From the sequence record SRR22947727_1135: a DNA stretch of 41,764 bases; one strand, written 5' to 3'. Within the stretch, counting starts at the first letter, position 1, and every line of letters starts with the position of its first letter. Below the pieces are notes generated by a model that ran no database searches, was not told where the DNA came from, and was given only the letters and a program-made list of their open reading frames with translations. The position numbers and the translations under genes were made by a program. Positions 23,545 through 33,543 of the stretch are shown here, piece by piece.

Positions 23545-24030
23545 ATGAATAACTTTCCAAATTTAAAAAATCCAATACACTTCATAGCAACCTTGGGTGG
23601 AATTGGCAAAATTCCTTTTGCTCCAGGAACATGGGGCTCCTTATTCTCTTTTTTATTATTTATTCTTCTTTCCCATTACATCAATATGCACTTTGTTGTT
23701 TTCTTAATCATTTTATTTTCTATTTGGATATGTGAAAAAGCATCAGCAGACCTAATTGAAAAAGATCATAGTTCAATAGTTATTGATGAGTTGGCTGGCA
23801 TGTGGGTAGCATTATTACCAGCACTTTACATGACCACTCAATCATCTAGAACCACCTATGCAGTTTTAGCATTTATATTTTTTAGAATATTTGATATTTT
23901 GAAACCATTTCCAATTTCATATTTTGATAAAAATTATAAAAATGGATTAGGTATTGTATTAGATGACCTAATAGCAGGGTTTCTAGCAATTATTCCTGCA
24001 ATGTTTTTAATTTATCTAGGATTTTTGTAG
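23545..24030 (+). CDS. pgpA: Phosphatidylglycerophosphatase A
   Basis: APGTWGS, IVIDELAG, FRIFDILKPFPI, GIVLDDLIAG. Confidence 0.95.
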   Translation: MNNFPNLKNPIHFIATLGGIGKIPFAPGTWGSLFSFLLFILLSHYINMHFVVFLIILFSIWICEKASADLIEKDHSSIVIDELAGMWVALLPALYMTTQSSRTTYAVLAFIFFRIFDILKPFPISYFDKNYKNGLGIVLDDLIAGFLAIIPAMFLIYLGFL

Positions 24031-25861
24031 CACTCAGCCCAGCTTGGTCAAGCATTTCTTCCCTAGACGCATGATCAATAAATTCATCAGGGATTCCAAA
24101 TAAGAGTGATTTAATTATTATATTATTTCTTCCACAATATTCTTGGACCGCACTTCCTGCTCCCCCTGATATTGAACCATCTTCAAGAGAAACAAACATA
24201 TCAGCATTATTAAGATATTTATGAAGCATGTCCTCATCTAACGGCTTCACAAATCGCATATCAATCAAAGTAATATCCATTTCTTTTGAGACTATTTCTG
24301 CTTCATCAAGAAGAGCGCCAAAATTTAGAAAAATGATATTTGACTTACCTTCTCTGACTAGTTTAGCTTTTCCAATTTCTAAGGGCTCTAAGGCAAATTT
24401 AACTGTAGAATTTGGTCCAGTACCTCTTGGATATCTTACTGCAGCTGGTCCCTTATATTTATATGCAGTTGTTAATAATAATCTAGTTTCATTTTCATCA
24501 GAAGGCGTCATTAAAATTATATTTGGGATACATCTTAAATAGGCAATATCATAATTTCCAGAATGAGTAGGACCATCTTCACCAACTAGACCAGCTCTAT
24601 CTAAAGCGAAAGTAACATCAAGGTTTTGAACAGCAACGTCATGAATAAGTTGGTCATAGGCTCTTTGCAAGAATGTAGAATAAATTGCAACAACAGGTTT
24701 TTTATTTTCTTTTGCCAGTCCAGCGGCAAAGGTTACCGAATGCTGTTCTGCTATAGCCACATCAAAGTATCTCTCAGGAAATTTTTTACTAAATTCTACA
24801 AGTCCTGAACCTTCTCTCATGGCAGGTGTTATGGCGAATAAGTTTGCATCAACTTCTGCCATATCAACAATCCAGTCACTAAAAATATCTTGATATTTAG
24901 GTTTTGGGGTAGAGTCTGATTTAATACTATTTATTTTTCCAATTGCATGAAATCCAATTCTATCTGCTTCAGCAGCATCCAGCCCAGCACCCTTTTTTGT
25001 AATAACATGTAAAAATTGAGGCCCGTCAAAATCTTTCAAATTACCAATCACTTCAAGCATTTCTTTTATGTTATGACCGTCTATGGGACCAATATAATTA
25101 AACCCCAACTCTTCAAAAATAGAACCAGGAGCAACCATAGCCTTCATTTGAGTTTCTACCTTTCTTGCTAAATGATATGCCTGAGGTAGAGGTTTTAGAG
25201 CACTTGCACCACTTTTTTTAATTCCTTTATATATTTTTGAAGCCCAAATTCTGGAGAAATAGTTTGAAAGACCTCCAATATTCTCTGATATTGACATGTC
25301 ATTATCATTAAGAATAACAAGCATATTGGGCTTAAGATGACCTCCATGACTTAAGGCTTCAAAAGCCATGCCCGCTGTCATAGCGCCATCACCAATTATA
25401 GCAATATGTTTTTTATCAGGCATGGTTTCTTTTGATGCCATTGCCATTCCCAATATAGCACTTATGGAAGTACTTGAATGCCCGACCCCAAATGCATCAT
25501 ATTTACTTTCATTTATAGCCGGGAAGGGCGCAAGACCATCTTTATGCCTAATAGATTGAATTTGATCTTTTCTGCCAGTAAGTATTTTATGGGGGTAAGC
25601 TTGATGACCAACATCCCAAACCAAATTATCATAAGGAGTATTAAATAAATAATGCAAAGCTACTGTAAGCTCAACTACTCCCAAACCTCCACCAAGATGA
25701 CCTCCACTTTGACCAACTGAATATAATAAGAACTCTCTTAACTCATTTGAAAGATTTTCTAATTCAGAAACTGAAAAAGATCTTATATCAGCAGGATAAT
25801 TAACTCTGTCTAGAACTGGTGTTAATGGTTTTTCTTTAGGAATTTTCTTAAAAATTTTCAT
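23990..25861 (-). CDS. dxs: 1-deoxy-D-xylulose-5-phosphate synthase
   Basis: GGHLG..LGVVELT, WDVGHQAYPHK, GDGAMTAG, NDN, IAEQH, DGPTH. Confidence 0.97.
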   Translation of the reverse strand: MKIFKKIPKEKPLTPVLDRVNYPADIRSFSVSELENLSNELREFLLYSVGQSGGHLGGGLGVVELTVALHYLFNTPYDNLVWDVGHQAYPHKILTGRKDQIQSIRHKDGLAPFPAINESKYDAFGVGHSSTSISAILGMAMASKETMPDKKHIAIIGDGAMTAGMAFEALSHGGHLKPNMLVILNDNDMSISENIGGLSNYFSRIWASKIYKGIKKSGASALKPLPQAYHLARKVETQMKAMVAPGSIFEELGFNYIGPIDGHNIKEMLEVIGNLKDFDGPQFLHVITKKGAGLDAAEADRIGFHAIGKINSIKSDSTPKPKYQDIFSDWIVDMAEVDANLFAITPAMREGSGLVEFSKKFPERYFDVAIAEQHSVTFAAGLAKENKKPVVAIYSTFLQRAYDQLIHDVAVQNLDVTFALDRAGLVGEDGPTHSGNYDIAYLRCIPNIILMTPSDENETRLLLTTAYKYKGPAAVRYPRGTGPNSTVKFALEPLEIGKAKLVREGKSNIIFLNFGALLDEAEIVSKEMDITLIDMRFVKPLDEDMLHKYLNNADMFVSLEDGSISGGAGSAVQEYCGRNNIIIKSLLFGIPDEFIDHASREEMLDQAGLSATKILDKLKTLQE

Positions 25862-26727
25862 TAGTTTTGCCTACTAATTAAATATTTAGCTATATTTTTT
25901 AGTTTATCTTTTCCTGAAATATCAATTCTATCTAATGTATCAAGGGATAGCTCTGTTAACTCTTTAGCTTTTTCTTTAGCGCCATCCAATCCTAGGACAT
26001 CAATATAGGTAATTTTATTATTCTTTATATCAGAATTTTTATTTTTTCCTAAAACTTCTTCTGTTTGCGTTACATCTAAAATGTCATCAGTGATCTGAAA
26101 AGCTAAGCCCATATGACTTGCAAATTCTTTAAATAAATTGATTTTTATATCACTTCCAATTTGACCAAGCATCACAGAGCACTCAATTAACTTGCCAGTC
26201 TTAAGGTTATGAATTTGATCAAGCATATCTTTATCAACATCTTTGTTATTTTCATTCTGAATATCAAGATGTTGACCATAAACCATTCCATTTTTACCAC
26301 ATGCTCTAGACAAAATCTTAATAGTTTTAACTTTCTCATCAGAATTCATTTGTATATCGTTAACAATGATTTCATATGCTAAAGCCTGAAGGGCATCGCC
26401 AGATAAAACTGCATTAGCTTCTCCATATTTAATATGACTTGATGGTTGATTTCTCCTAAGATCATCATCATCCATACATGGAAGATCGTCATGTATTAGA
26501 GAATATGTATGCATTAACTCTACAGCTGAAGCTAAAGTAATAATACTATCTTCATGAATGTTTTTATTAGTGCAAGAAGAAGCAAAAACTAAACCCGCCC
26601 GTATCATTTTACTTTCAGCTAATGCTGAATAGGACATTACCTCTTCAATTAAATTAGATTCCCCAATAGATATTTTTATCTTATTTATTACAAGCTCTTT
26701 TACTTGCGATAAGAATTCAGGATGCAT
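25861..26727 (-). CDS. ispA: Farnesyl diphosphate synthase / polyprenyl synthetase
   Basis: SLIHDDLPCMDDDDLRR, KTG, FQITDDILD; xseB-ispA-dxs order. Confidence 0.93.
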   Translation of the reverse strand: MHPEFLSQVKELVINKIKISIGESNLIEEVMSYSALAESKMIRAGLVFASSCTNKNIHEDSIITLASAVELMHTYSLIHDDLPCMDDDDLRRNQPSSHIKYGEANAVLSGDALQALAYEIIVNDIQMNSDEKVKTIKILSRACGKNGMVYGQHLDIQNENNKDVDKDMLDQIHNLKTGKLIECSVMLGQIGSDIKINLFKEFASHMGLAFQITDDILDVTQTEEVLGKNKNSDIKNNKITYIDVLGLDGAKEKAKELTELSLDTLDRIDISGKDKLKNIAKYLISRQN

Positions 26728-26734
26728 GGAGAGT

Positions 26735-26959
26735 TTATGAGTTATCTAATTCTTGAGATGATCCATCATCAAGCAACTCTTTTACTTTAAGCTCAGCTTT
26801 TTCGAGTTGTTTTTGACACTCTTTAACAAGATTTATTCCCGCCTCAAATGACTTTACTGAATCTTCTAAATTAATATTCTCATCCTCTAGTTTTGTAACA
26901 ATCAACTCAAGCTCTTTCAAAGAAGACTCAAAATTAATTTTTTTATTTGAATTAGACAT
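26735..26959 (-). CDS. xseB: Exodeoxyribonuclease VII small subunit
   Basis: FESSLKELELIVTKLE...LEDSVKSFEAG...CQKQLEKAE. Confidence 0.94.
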   Translation of the reverse strand: MSNSNKKINFESSLKELELIVTKLEDENINLEDSVKSFEAGINLVKECQKQLEKAELKVKELLDDGSSQELDNS

Positions 26960-26975
26960 ACTTTATTGTAATTTA

Positions 26976-29900
26976 TTAATCAGCTGTTTTTAAAAACTTT
27001 TTAAAATCTTTTCTTAATGCATATGGTAGTGCCAATATTGCAGGAGTTAGAATTAAAGTTATAAAAGTGCTGAAGGCTAAACCAAAAACAATAGATACAG
27101 CTAGATTAGACCACCAATCAACAATAGGACTTCCAATAGCTATATCTCTAGAAATAATGTCGAGACTTACTCCCATAGCCAGAGGTAATAAACCAAAAAT
27201 AGTTGTTAATGATGTTAGCAATATAGGTCTAAGTCTTTGTTTGCAAGCATTAATAATATGAGTGGATTGATCTAAGTGAGGAGATTCAAACCTTAATTTA
27301 TTAAATGTATCAATGAGAACAATATTATTATTAACTACAATGCCAGCCAATGTGACTATAGATAAACCTGTCATAGTTGTACTAAATGGTTTTCCAGTTA
27401 TTAATAAACCCAAAAGAACACCAACAAAAGAAATTGTTACTGATGTAAGAATTATAAATGACTGATAAAAGCTGTTAAATTGGGTTAAAAGCATTAGCAG
27501 CATAATAAATACGGCCATAATGCCTGCAGCTATCATAAAATTATTTACATCTTCTGTTTCTTCTGCCATGCCAGTAAATTTATATGTGACCCCGTTCCCA
27601 AGATCGGCAGACTCCAACCAAGTATTAATCTCTTTTACTTTATCTGAAACTTGAGACTCATCTATGGTTGCAGCACCAATTGATTGTGTAAATTTACCAT
27701 CTTTTCTATTTACAGATTGTCTGTTTTCTTTAGGTATCACTGATATAAAAGAACTCACAGGAACCAAACCTTTGAGAGTTGTTACATTTAAGTTTTGTAT
27801 TCCGGTTATTGTTCTATCAGATTCAGGAAATCTAGCTCTAATTTCTACCTCATCTCTTGAATCGTCCGGTCTATATTCTCCAACCTTAAATCCATTTGTG
27901 AGCATTTGAACTAATGCGCCAACATCAGCAACACTTACACCTAGCTGAGCTGCTTTTTGTTTATCTACTTCAACACTCCATTCCACGGATGGGTATGACT
28001 TAGATGAGGTGATATTTTTGAGACCATTTATATTATTTCTTATATAAGTTTCAATGATATCTGCAGTAGCATTAACATCATTTTCACTGTCGCCATAAAG
28101 ATCTAACTCAATCGGATTGTCAAAAGAAGGACCGCCTAGATCAGGAGCAATTTCAACAAATATACCCGGTAAATCATTTACTGATTTATTTAAGAGTTCC
28201 ATTATTTGCAATCCAGATATTTCTCTCTGAGCCGCTGGTGCAACCTCTACAAAACCACCACCAATTTTATCTGCTTCTGTATTCCACCATTCGCTTCCAG
28301 CTCTCAGGTAAACACTATTAAGTCCAGGCACTTCCAAGAACCTTTCCTCAACCTGTTCAACAAGCTTTTTAGTCTCTAATGCAGAATAATTACCTCGAGC
28401 TTTAATAGTTACATTAGCTTCCACTGGATCAACTAAGGCAAAATAAATTGTCCCTTTTCCAAAATATGAGTAACTCATAATTATTATTAACAATACTGAA
28501 ACCACTGCTAAACAAGTTTCAATCGGATTTTTAACAAATTTTGCAATTCTTTTTCCATAAAGTTCAGTTAATTTCTTAAATATAGATTCTCTTCCTTCTT
28601 CCTTATTGAGAGCTGAATCTTGTTGACCAAGATAGGATCCTAATACAGGAATCATAATTAACGAATATATTAGAGATCCCAATAAGACTGTAAAAACTGT
28701 TATAGGAAGATATCGCATAAATTGGCCTGTAAACCCCGGCCATAACATTACAGGAATAAAGGCAGCCATAGTTGTTCCAGTAGATGCTAAAATGGGATAA
28801 AACATTCTCTTCGATGCCATTTTATAACCTTCTGATCTTGAAAGGCCTTCTCCAATTTTTTTATCAGCGTATTCAGTAATTACTATTGCGCCATCAATCA
28901 ACATACCCATACCAAGAAGCAATCCCATCATTACAAGAAAATTTATCTCCATTCCAAGAGAAAAGAAAATTAGATAAGTAAATAAGAAACAAAAGGGGAT
29001 TGATAGCCCTACAAGCATTGAAACCCTAAAACCCATACTTGCTATTACGAGAACCATAATGAGAACCACTGCAGCTATAATATTTCCATTTAGTTCTTTT
29101 ACCATGTCAATGGAATAAAGAGTGTCGTCTTGAGAGACTAATATTTCTAAATTTTCTGGAAGATTTTTTTCATATTCACTTAGAATATTCTTAATTGCAT
29201 ATGAGGCGTCTATTGAATTTGCTCCAACTCTAAGTTGAACTTCTAGAGTTACAGCATCTTGCCCATTAATTCTTGCATATGATGTAAAGTCTTTAAATGT
29301 TCTTTTGATATCTGCAATATCACCCAAAGTTACAATTGCATCTTGAGTAACTTTTATCGGTATGGAGTATACATCTTGAGCTGATTCAATGATGCTTGGC
29401 ACCTCAATATTAAAGCTACCTTTTCCTGTATCCTGTGTTCCACCAGGGATAATAAGATTATTATTAGAAACAGAATAATATATATCACTAAGAGTGACTT
29501 CATATGATTCCATCCTTGATTTATTAATAACTCCTTCAAGAACTTCTTCAGGTGCTCCAGATAGATTAGCTTGCAAAATCTCCCCTAAGCTCTCAACCTT
29601 ATCTTTTAACTCTTTCGCATAAAATATTTTTTGCCTAATAGACCCATTACCAACAATGCTTATATTCATTACTGGAAAACTTGCTTCCGAATACTCAGAT
29701 ATTTGAGGGTCTTCAGCCTCTCTTGGCAATTCGTATTTTGTTTCTTCAACGGTTTGCTTGATATCTACAAGGGCTTGATCCATATCATAACCAACTTCAA
29801 ATTCAAGAAATATTCTTGCAAAACTTAGTGTACTCCTGGAGCTTATGCTTTTAATTCCAGGAACTGTCATTAGTCTGTTTTCAAGAGGTTTAGCTATTAG

Positions 29901-30086
29901 TCTTGATGTGTCGCTTGGAGATGCTCCATCTAAATAAACTGAGACACTTATGAAGGGCAGTTGAACATTTGGTGATGCTGCAATGGATATTTCTTGTCTT
30001 GCATAAGAGCCTGCAATAATTACCATGAAGGCAATCAACAATGTTGTTTTTGCTTTAGATAAAGCAAAATCTACAATACTTGTCAT
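26976..30086 (-). CDS. RND efflux transporter permease (AcrB/AcrD/AcrF family)
   Basis: 1036 aa, 12-TM layout, GMLIDGAIVITE, GIVVNNNIVLID, RLRPILLTSLTT. Confidence 0.93.
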   Translation of the reverse strand: MTSIVDFALSKAKTTLLIAFMVIIAGSYARQEISIAASPNVQLPFISVSVYLDGASPSDTSRLIAKPLENRLMTVPGIKSISSRSTLSFARIFLEFEVGYDMDQALVDIKQTVEETKYELPREAEDPQISEYSEASFPVMNISIVGNGSIRQKIFYAKELKDKVESLGEILQANLSGAPEEVLEGVINKSRMESYEVTLSDIYYSVSNNNLIIPGGTQDTGKGSFNIEVPSIIESAQDVYSIPIKVTQDAIVTLGDIADIKRTFKDFTSYARINGQDAVTLEVQLRVGANSIDASYAIKNILSEYEKNLPENLEILVSQDDTLYSIDMVKELNGNIIAAVVLIMVLVIASMGFRVSMLVGLSIPFCFLFTYLIFFSLGMEINFLVMMGLLLGMGMLIDGAIVITEYADKKIGEGLSRSEGYKMASKRMFYPILASTGTTMAAFIPVMLWPGFTGQFMRYLPITVFTVLLGSLIYSLIMIPVLGSYLGQQDSALNKEEGRESIFKKLTELYGKRIAKFVKNPIETCLAVVSVLLIIIMSYSYFGKGTIYFALVDPVEANVTIKARGNYSALETKKLVEQVEERFLEVPGLNSVYLRAGSEWWNTEADKIGGGFVEVAPAAQREISGLQIMELLNKSVNDLPGIFVEIAPDLGGPSFDNPIELDLYGDSENDVNATADIIETYIRNNINGLKNITSSKSYPSVEWSVEVDKQKAAQLGVSVADVGALVQMLTNGFKVGEYRPDDSRDEVEIRARFPESDRTITGIQNLNVTTLKGLVPVSSFISVIPKENRQSVNRKDGKFTQSIGAATIDESQVSDKVKEINTWLESADLGNGVTYKFTGMAEETEDVNNFMIAAGIMAVFIMLLMLLTQFNSFYQSFIILTSVTISFVGVLLGLLITGKPFSTTMTGLSIVTLAGIVVNNNIVLIDTFNKLRFESPHLDQSTHIINACKQRLRPILLTSLTTIFGLLPLAMGVSLDIISRDIAIGSPIVDWWSNLAVSIVFGLAFSTFITLILTPAILALPYALRKDFKKFLKTAD

Positions 30087-30952
30087 AGTTTATTAATTAA
30101 AACTTTTTGGCCATCTTCAACAAAACCTTGCCCTTGAACAATTAATTCAAGTTCTTTTGGAATGCCAGTGATCCAAAGACCAGATTCGGAATCTTCTAGA
30201 ATAGTTATGTTATGGAACTTAACTATATCGTTTTCAACGGACCTAATTCCAATTTTACCCTCATCATTCAAAAGTAATATCGATGGTGAAATTTTATGAG
30301 CCATAACTAGTTTTGTTTTAATTGTCATTTCAGCAGTTATGCCATCACGAACTAAGCCATTTTTATTTTCTATTTGCGATTCTACTTTAAATGTTCTGGT
30401 TGAAGGAGAAGCACTTTTAGAAACAAAAGTTAATTTACCATTTATAAATTCACCAGTAACAAGCCTTATATCTACATCTTGACCAGTCTCAACTTTATTT
30501 ATATTAAATTCAGGAACTTCAGCAACAAAAATTATTGGATTTAGTTGGATAATTGTTGCACAAACTTGACCTCTTTCTAAAAAATTACCTGGTTTTACAA
30601 TTTGCTCTATAAAACCTGAAAAAGGTGCTTTCACCTCTGTTCTGTTTAATTCTACAACCCCTAAGCTACATAATATTGAATCTTTTTCAACAAAATTTCC
30701 CTGAGTTGAACCTATTTTAACAACCTCTCCTGAGGTTTTAGCTCTTACATCCACTCTAGCTTCTGATCTTGAGGTTGCTTTTAATTTTATTGTTGGCTGA
30801 TACGAAACAGCTTCACTTAAAAGTGTTCCAACTCTAAAAAGATCATTTTTTGGAACTTCATTTTTAACTGCATCTTTTACGAATAATCCAGAAATCATCC
30901 ACAATAAAATTGGAATGAATATGTATAAAGAAATTCTAATATTTTTAGTCAT
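30083..30952 (-). CDS. RND periplasmic adaptor (membrane fusion protein), short form lacking the alpha-hairpin
   Basis: N-terminal TM, lipoyl halves VRAKTSGEV...GNFVEK and VKAPFSG...GNFLERG, beta-barrel STRTFKVE; ATGA-type overlap with the RND gene. Confidence 0.88.
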   Translation of the reverse strand: MTKNIRISLYIFIPILLWMISGLFVKDAVKNEVPKNDLFRVGTLLSEAVSYQPTIKLKATSRSEARVDVRAKTSGEVVKIGSTQGNFVEKDSILCSLGVVELNRTEVKAPFSGFIEQIVKPGNFLERGQVCATIIQLNPIIFVAEVPEFNINKVETGQDVDIRLVTGEFINGKLTFVSKSASPSTRTFKVESQIENKNGLVRDGITAEMTIKTKLVMAHKISPSILLLNDEGKIGIRSVENDIVKFHNITILEDSESGLWITGIPKELELIVQGQGFVEDGQKVLINKL

Positions 30953-30967
30953 ATATATATTTTAGCA
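30953..30967 (-). promoter_or_regulatory. Putative extended -10 promoter giving a leaderless transcript for the RND operon
   Basis: Minus strand reads TGC-TAAAAT-ATATAT-ATG. Confidence 0.45.
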
Positions 30968-31011
30968 CCTACAGTACGACAAAACTTATTCCTTAGAAGT
31001 TCAATTTTGAA

Positions 31012-31659
31012 TTATACGTTGTGCTTTTTACGCAAAGTTTCAAAAAGCTTCCTATTCATAGGGGTTGATGGCGATTTACTATCTGCAAGAAGTTCAATTT
31101 TAAACTCAGTTCCATTTAAGGCCTTAACCTTAAACTTGTTGAATATTTTTTTAAATGAAAAAAATAATTCTTTGCTATCTCTTTCATCTAAAAAATTCCA
31201 ACCAATTTTCTTGCCTGCAAAGTAAACAATTGGATGGCTCCACGGATATTCAGCTCTTGGAGAAAAAGACTTCCTTGCTTCAATATAGGCCTCTTCAACT
31301 GATGGAAAGCCATCATGACTATTAATTTCTGAACAAGCCTTAACTAGGTCTGTTAAAGTTGGTAAGTATGACTGTGAGCCAATAACACTTTCGATAGCTT
31401 TTAATATTGTTTCAGCTGAGAAAGATTTTAAACTCATAGCCCATAGCTTCTTACCCTCATTTAACCTGTCATCAGTACCAAAGACTTTGTAAAACTGATA
31501 ATGATAAGCTAATTCAAGCTTTAAAAATAAACCATCTATAGATTCAATAAATTCTTCTTTATTCGAATTTAATTTCTGATGCCCAAGAGGAGTCACTCTT
31601 TCTTGATGAGAAATCTTTTGAATATTTTCCTGGTTCAATATGTTTTTTATTTTCTTCAT
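31012..31659 (-). CDS. Replication protein P family / DopE-like helicase loader
   Basis: LF..LELAY..QF...KKLW, YLPTL, GFPSVEEAYIEA, WSHPIVYFAG motifs of lambda P-like proteins; downstream of a DnaT-domain gene. Confidence 0.78.
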   Translation of the reverse strand: MKKIKNILNQENIQKISHQERVTPLGHQKLNSNKEEFIESIDGLFLKLELAYHYQFYKVFGTDDRLNEGKKLWAMSLKSFSAETILKAIESVIGSQSYLPTLTDLVKACSEINSHDGFPSVEEAYIEARKSFSPRAEYPWSHPIVYFAGKKIGWNFLDERDSKELFFSFKKIFNKFKVKALNGTEFKIELLADSKSPSTPMNRKLFETLRKKHNV

Positions 31660-32359
31660 GATCTATTCTTTGGTTTCCTATATGCCTTCTTTTTACATGC
31701 TCTATAAATTTAGAGTTCCATGTAGAAAAGGCTGAACCATTTTCTTTCCAATATAGTATAAACTCACTTAAATACTTTAATGATGATTCTTTTGAAATAT
31801 CAGACAATTCAAGAATATCATAGACGTCTTCGCTTGGAACCCAGTCTGAATTAATTGAAAAGGGTAATCCTTTATTAGAGCTTTGATCTTTAGCCCACTC
31901 TCTTCTTATGTAGTCAATAAAAGATGTATTCCAATTATTCCTTTCTTGACCTCGTTCTTGCCAATATAACTTAAATTCTCTAAGTTTATTTTGATGAAAC
32001 TCCTCTGAGACTTGACTCATTTTTAATATTTCTAATGCTTCTTTTGAGGGCATCCAGCTTGGATCAATTTTTGTTTTATAAGTATTATTTTGAGCTGGAG
32101 ATTGAATGCGGTAATTTGAAGTTTTTTTTACATTATCGGAATTAGTAATGAGTTTATAGCCGACTAATTTATTAATACTTAATTCAGCAATATTAGAATC
32201 TATAAAAGGGAATTCTTTTTTAATTAAGAAAACAAGATCATTAATGTTGTTAGAGAAATTGATTCTTTTTGATTTACAGAACTCAAGAATAATTGCTGAC
32301 TCGATTCCAAGTGTTTCTGCAACCTCTTTAGAAAATGAGATATTATCATTATCTTTCAA
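31559..32359 (-). CDS. DnaT-like ssDNA-binding domain protein / DopC-like (lambda O-derived)
   Basis: N-terminal FSKEVAETLGIESAIIL and two W.PS...EF.LYW.E.G....WN..F repeats. TTG at 32359 lies 5 nt after the aroG stop and downstream of GGAGAGG; the longer ORF overlaps aroG. Confidence 0.75.
   Translation of the reverse strand: MKDNDNISFSKEVAETLGIESAIILEFCKSKRINFSNNINDLVFLIKKEFPFIDSNIAELSINKLVGYKLITNSDNVKKTSNYRIQSPAQNNTYKTKIDPSWMPSKEALEILKMSQVSEEFHQNKLREFKLYWQERGQERNNWNTSFIDYIRREWAKDQSSNKGLPFSINSDWVPSEDVYDILELSDISKESSLKYLSEFILYWKENGSAFSTWNSKFIEHVKRRHIGNQRIDHEENKKHIEPGKYSKDFSSRKSDSSWASEIKFE
31682..32068 (-). repeat. Internal protein-level tandem duplication (two ~58-aa DnaT-like domains, 71-aa period)
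   Basis: IDPSWMPSKEALEILKMSQVSEEFHQNKLREFKLYWQERGQERNNWNTSFIDYIRREW versus INSDWVPSEDVYDILELSDISKESSLKYLSEFILYWKENGSAFSTWNSKFIEHVKRRH. Confidence 0.85.
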
Positions 32360-32363
32360 TCTA

Positions 32364-33413
32364 CTATGAACCTCTCCTTTTCTCAACAGCATTGCTAAGG
32401 TTTTGTAGGCATGAGACTGTATCTTCCCAGCCAATACAGGCATCAGTAATGCTTTGACCATATGTAAGATTGTCAGAAATTTTTTGATTACCTTCAACTA
32501 AGTGACTTTCTATCATAACTCCCTTAATACTTTTGTTACCATTGGATATCTGTTCGGATATTTCTTCTATAACAGGAAGCTGTCTTTTGTATTGTTTTTG
32601 ACTATTACCGTGGCTAGCATCAATCATAATAGATTCATTAACTTCAGCCTCTCGCAAAGCAGTCAATGTTTCATTTATTGAATCTTTATCATAATTCGGC
32701 TCTTTACCACCCCTAAGAATTATATGCGTATCATTATTTCCAGCAGTCTTTAGCATGGCAATATCAGATTCTTTTGTTGCTCCAAGAAATACATGAGAAT
32801 GATTTGCTGCTTGGATACCATCAATAGCTGCTTTCAATCCTCCATTTGTAGCATTTTTAATTCCAATAGGGCATGACAATCCTGATGCTAATTCTCTATG
32901 GATTTGACTTTCTGCTGTTCTAGCACCAATTGCACCCCATGAAATAATATCCGTAATATATTGAGGAGAAATGGGATCTAAAAATTCAGTACCAGCAGGT
33001 AGATTTAAGTTTGCTAAATCTATCAATAGTTTTCTAGCCATCTCGACACCTTTTCCAATCTGATAGCTTTCATTTAAATCAGGATCATTAATTAATCCTT
33101 TCCAACCAACAGTAGTTCTAGGTTTTTCAAAGTAAACTCTCATTACAATCAATAGGTTTTCTTTAAAGCGAGTGTTTTGTTCTATTAGTTTTTTTCCATA
33201 TTCAATAGCGCTTTCAGGGTCGTGAATTGAGCATGGGCCTACAACAACAAGTACACGATCATCTTTGTCATGAAGAATTTGACTTATTTCTTGCCTTGTT
33301 CCGTAAACAAGTTTTGAAATATTATCATTGATGGGGTGTTTATTAACTAGCTCATATGGAGCTGGAACTTTTTGCCTATCAATAATTCTTGTATTATCGG
33401 TTGAGTAATTCAT
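32364..33413 (-). CDS. aroG: Class I DAHP synthase (AroF/G/H family)
   Basis: VGPCSIHD, RVYFEKPRTTVGWKG, IGARTAESQIHRE, DASHGNS, YGQSITDAC. Confidence 0.95.
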   Translation of the reverse strand: MNYSTDNTRIIDRQKVPAPYELVNKHPINDNISKLVYGTRQEISQILHDKDDRVLVVVGPCSIHDPESAIEYGKKLIEQNTRFKENLLIVMRVYFEKPRTTVGWKGLINDPDLNESYQIGKGVEMARKLLIDLANLNLPAGTEFLDPISPQYITDIISWGAIGARTAESQIHRELASGLSCPIGIKNATNGGLKAAIDGIQAANHSHVFLGATKESDIAMLKTAGNNDTHIILRGGKEPNYDKDSINETLTALREAEVNESIMIDASHGNSQKQYKRQLPVIEEISEQISNGNKSIKGVMIESHLVEGNQKISDNLTYGQSITDACIGWEDTVSCLQNLSNAVEKRRGS

Positions 33414-33543
33414 TTTTTATCATTATTTCTTATTTGAGCCCCTAATATTAAATGAATCAAATAAAATTAGTAGAGGTTTAGAAAATTAATTAATAAGTAT
33501 TTATTTTTATAATACTAATTAAAAATTAACTAAACTTATAAAT

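Noticed and set aside
31012-32359. Possible prophage remnant
   Set aside because: No integrase, repressor, structural genes or att-like repeats; both frames are intact and sit behind a housekeeping gene.
32360-32497. N-terminal extension of the DopC-like ORF into aroG
   Set aside because: It overlaps conserved aroG sequence; the TTG at 32359 just after the aroG stop is a better start.
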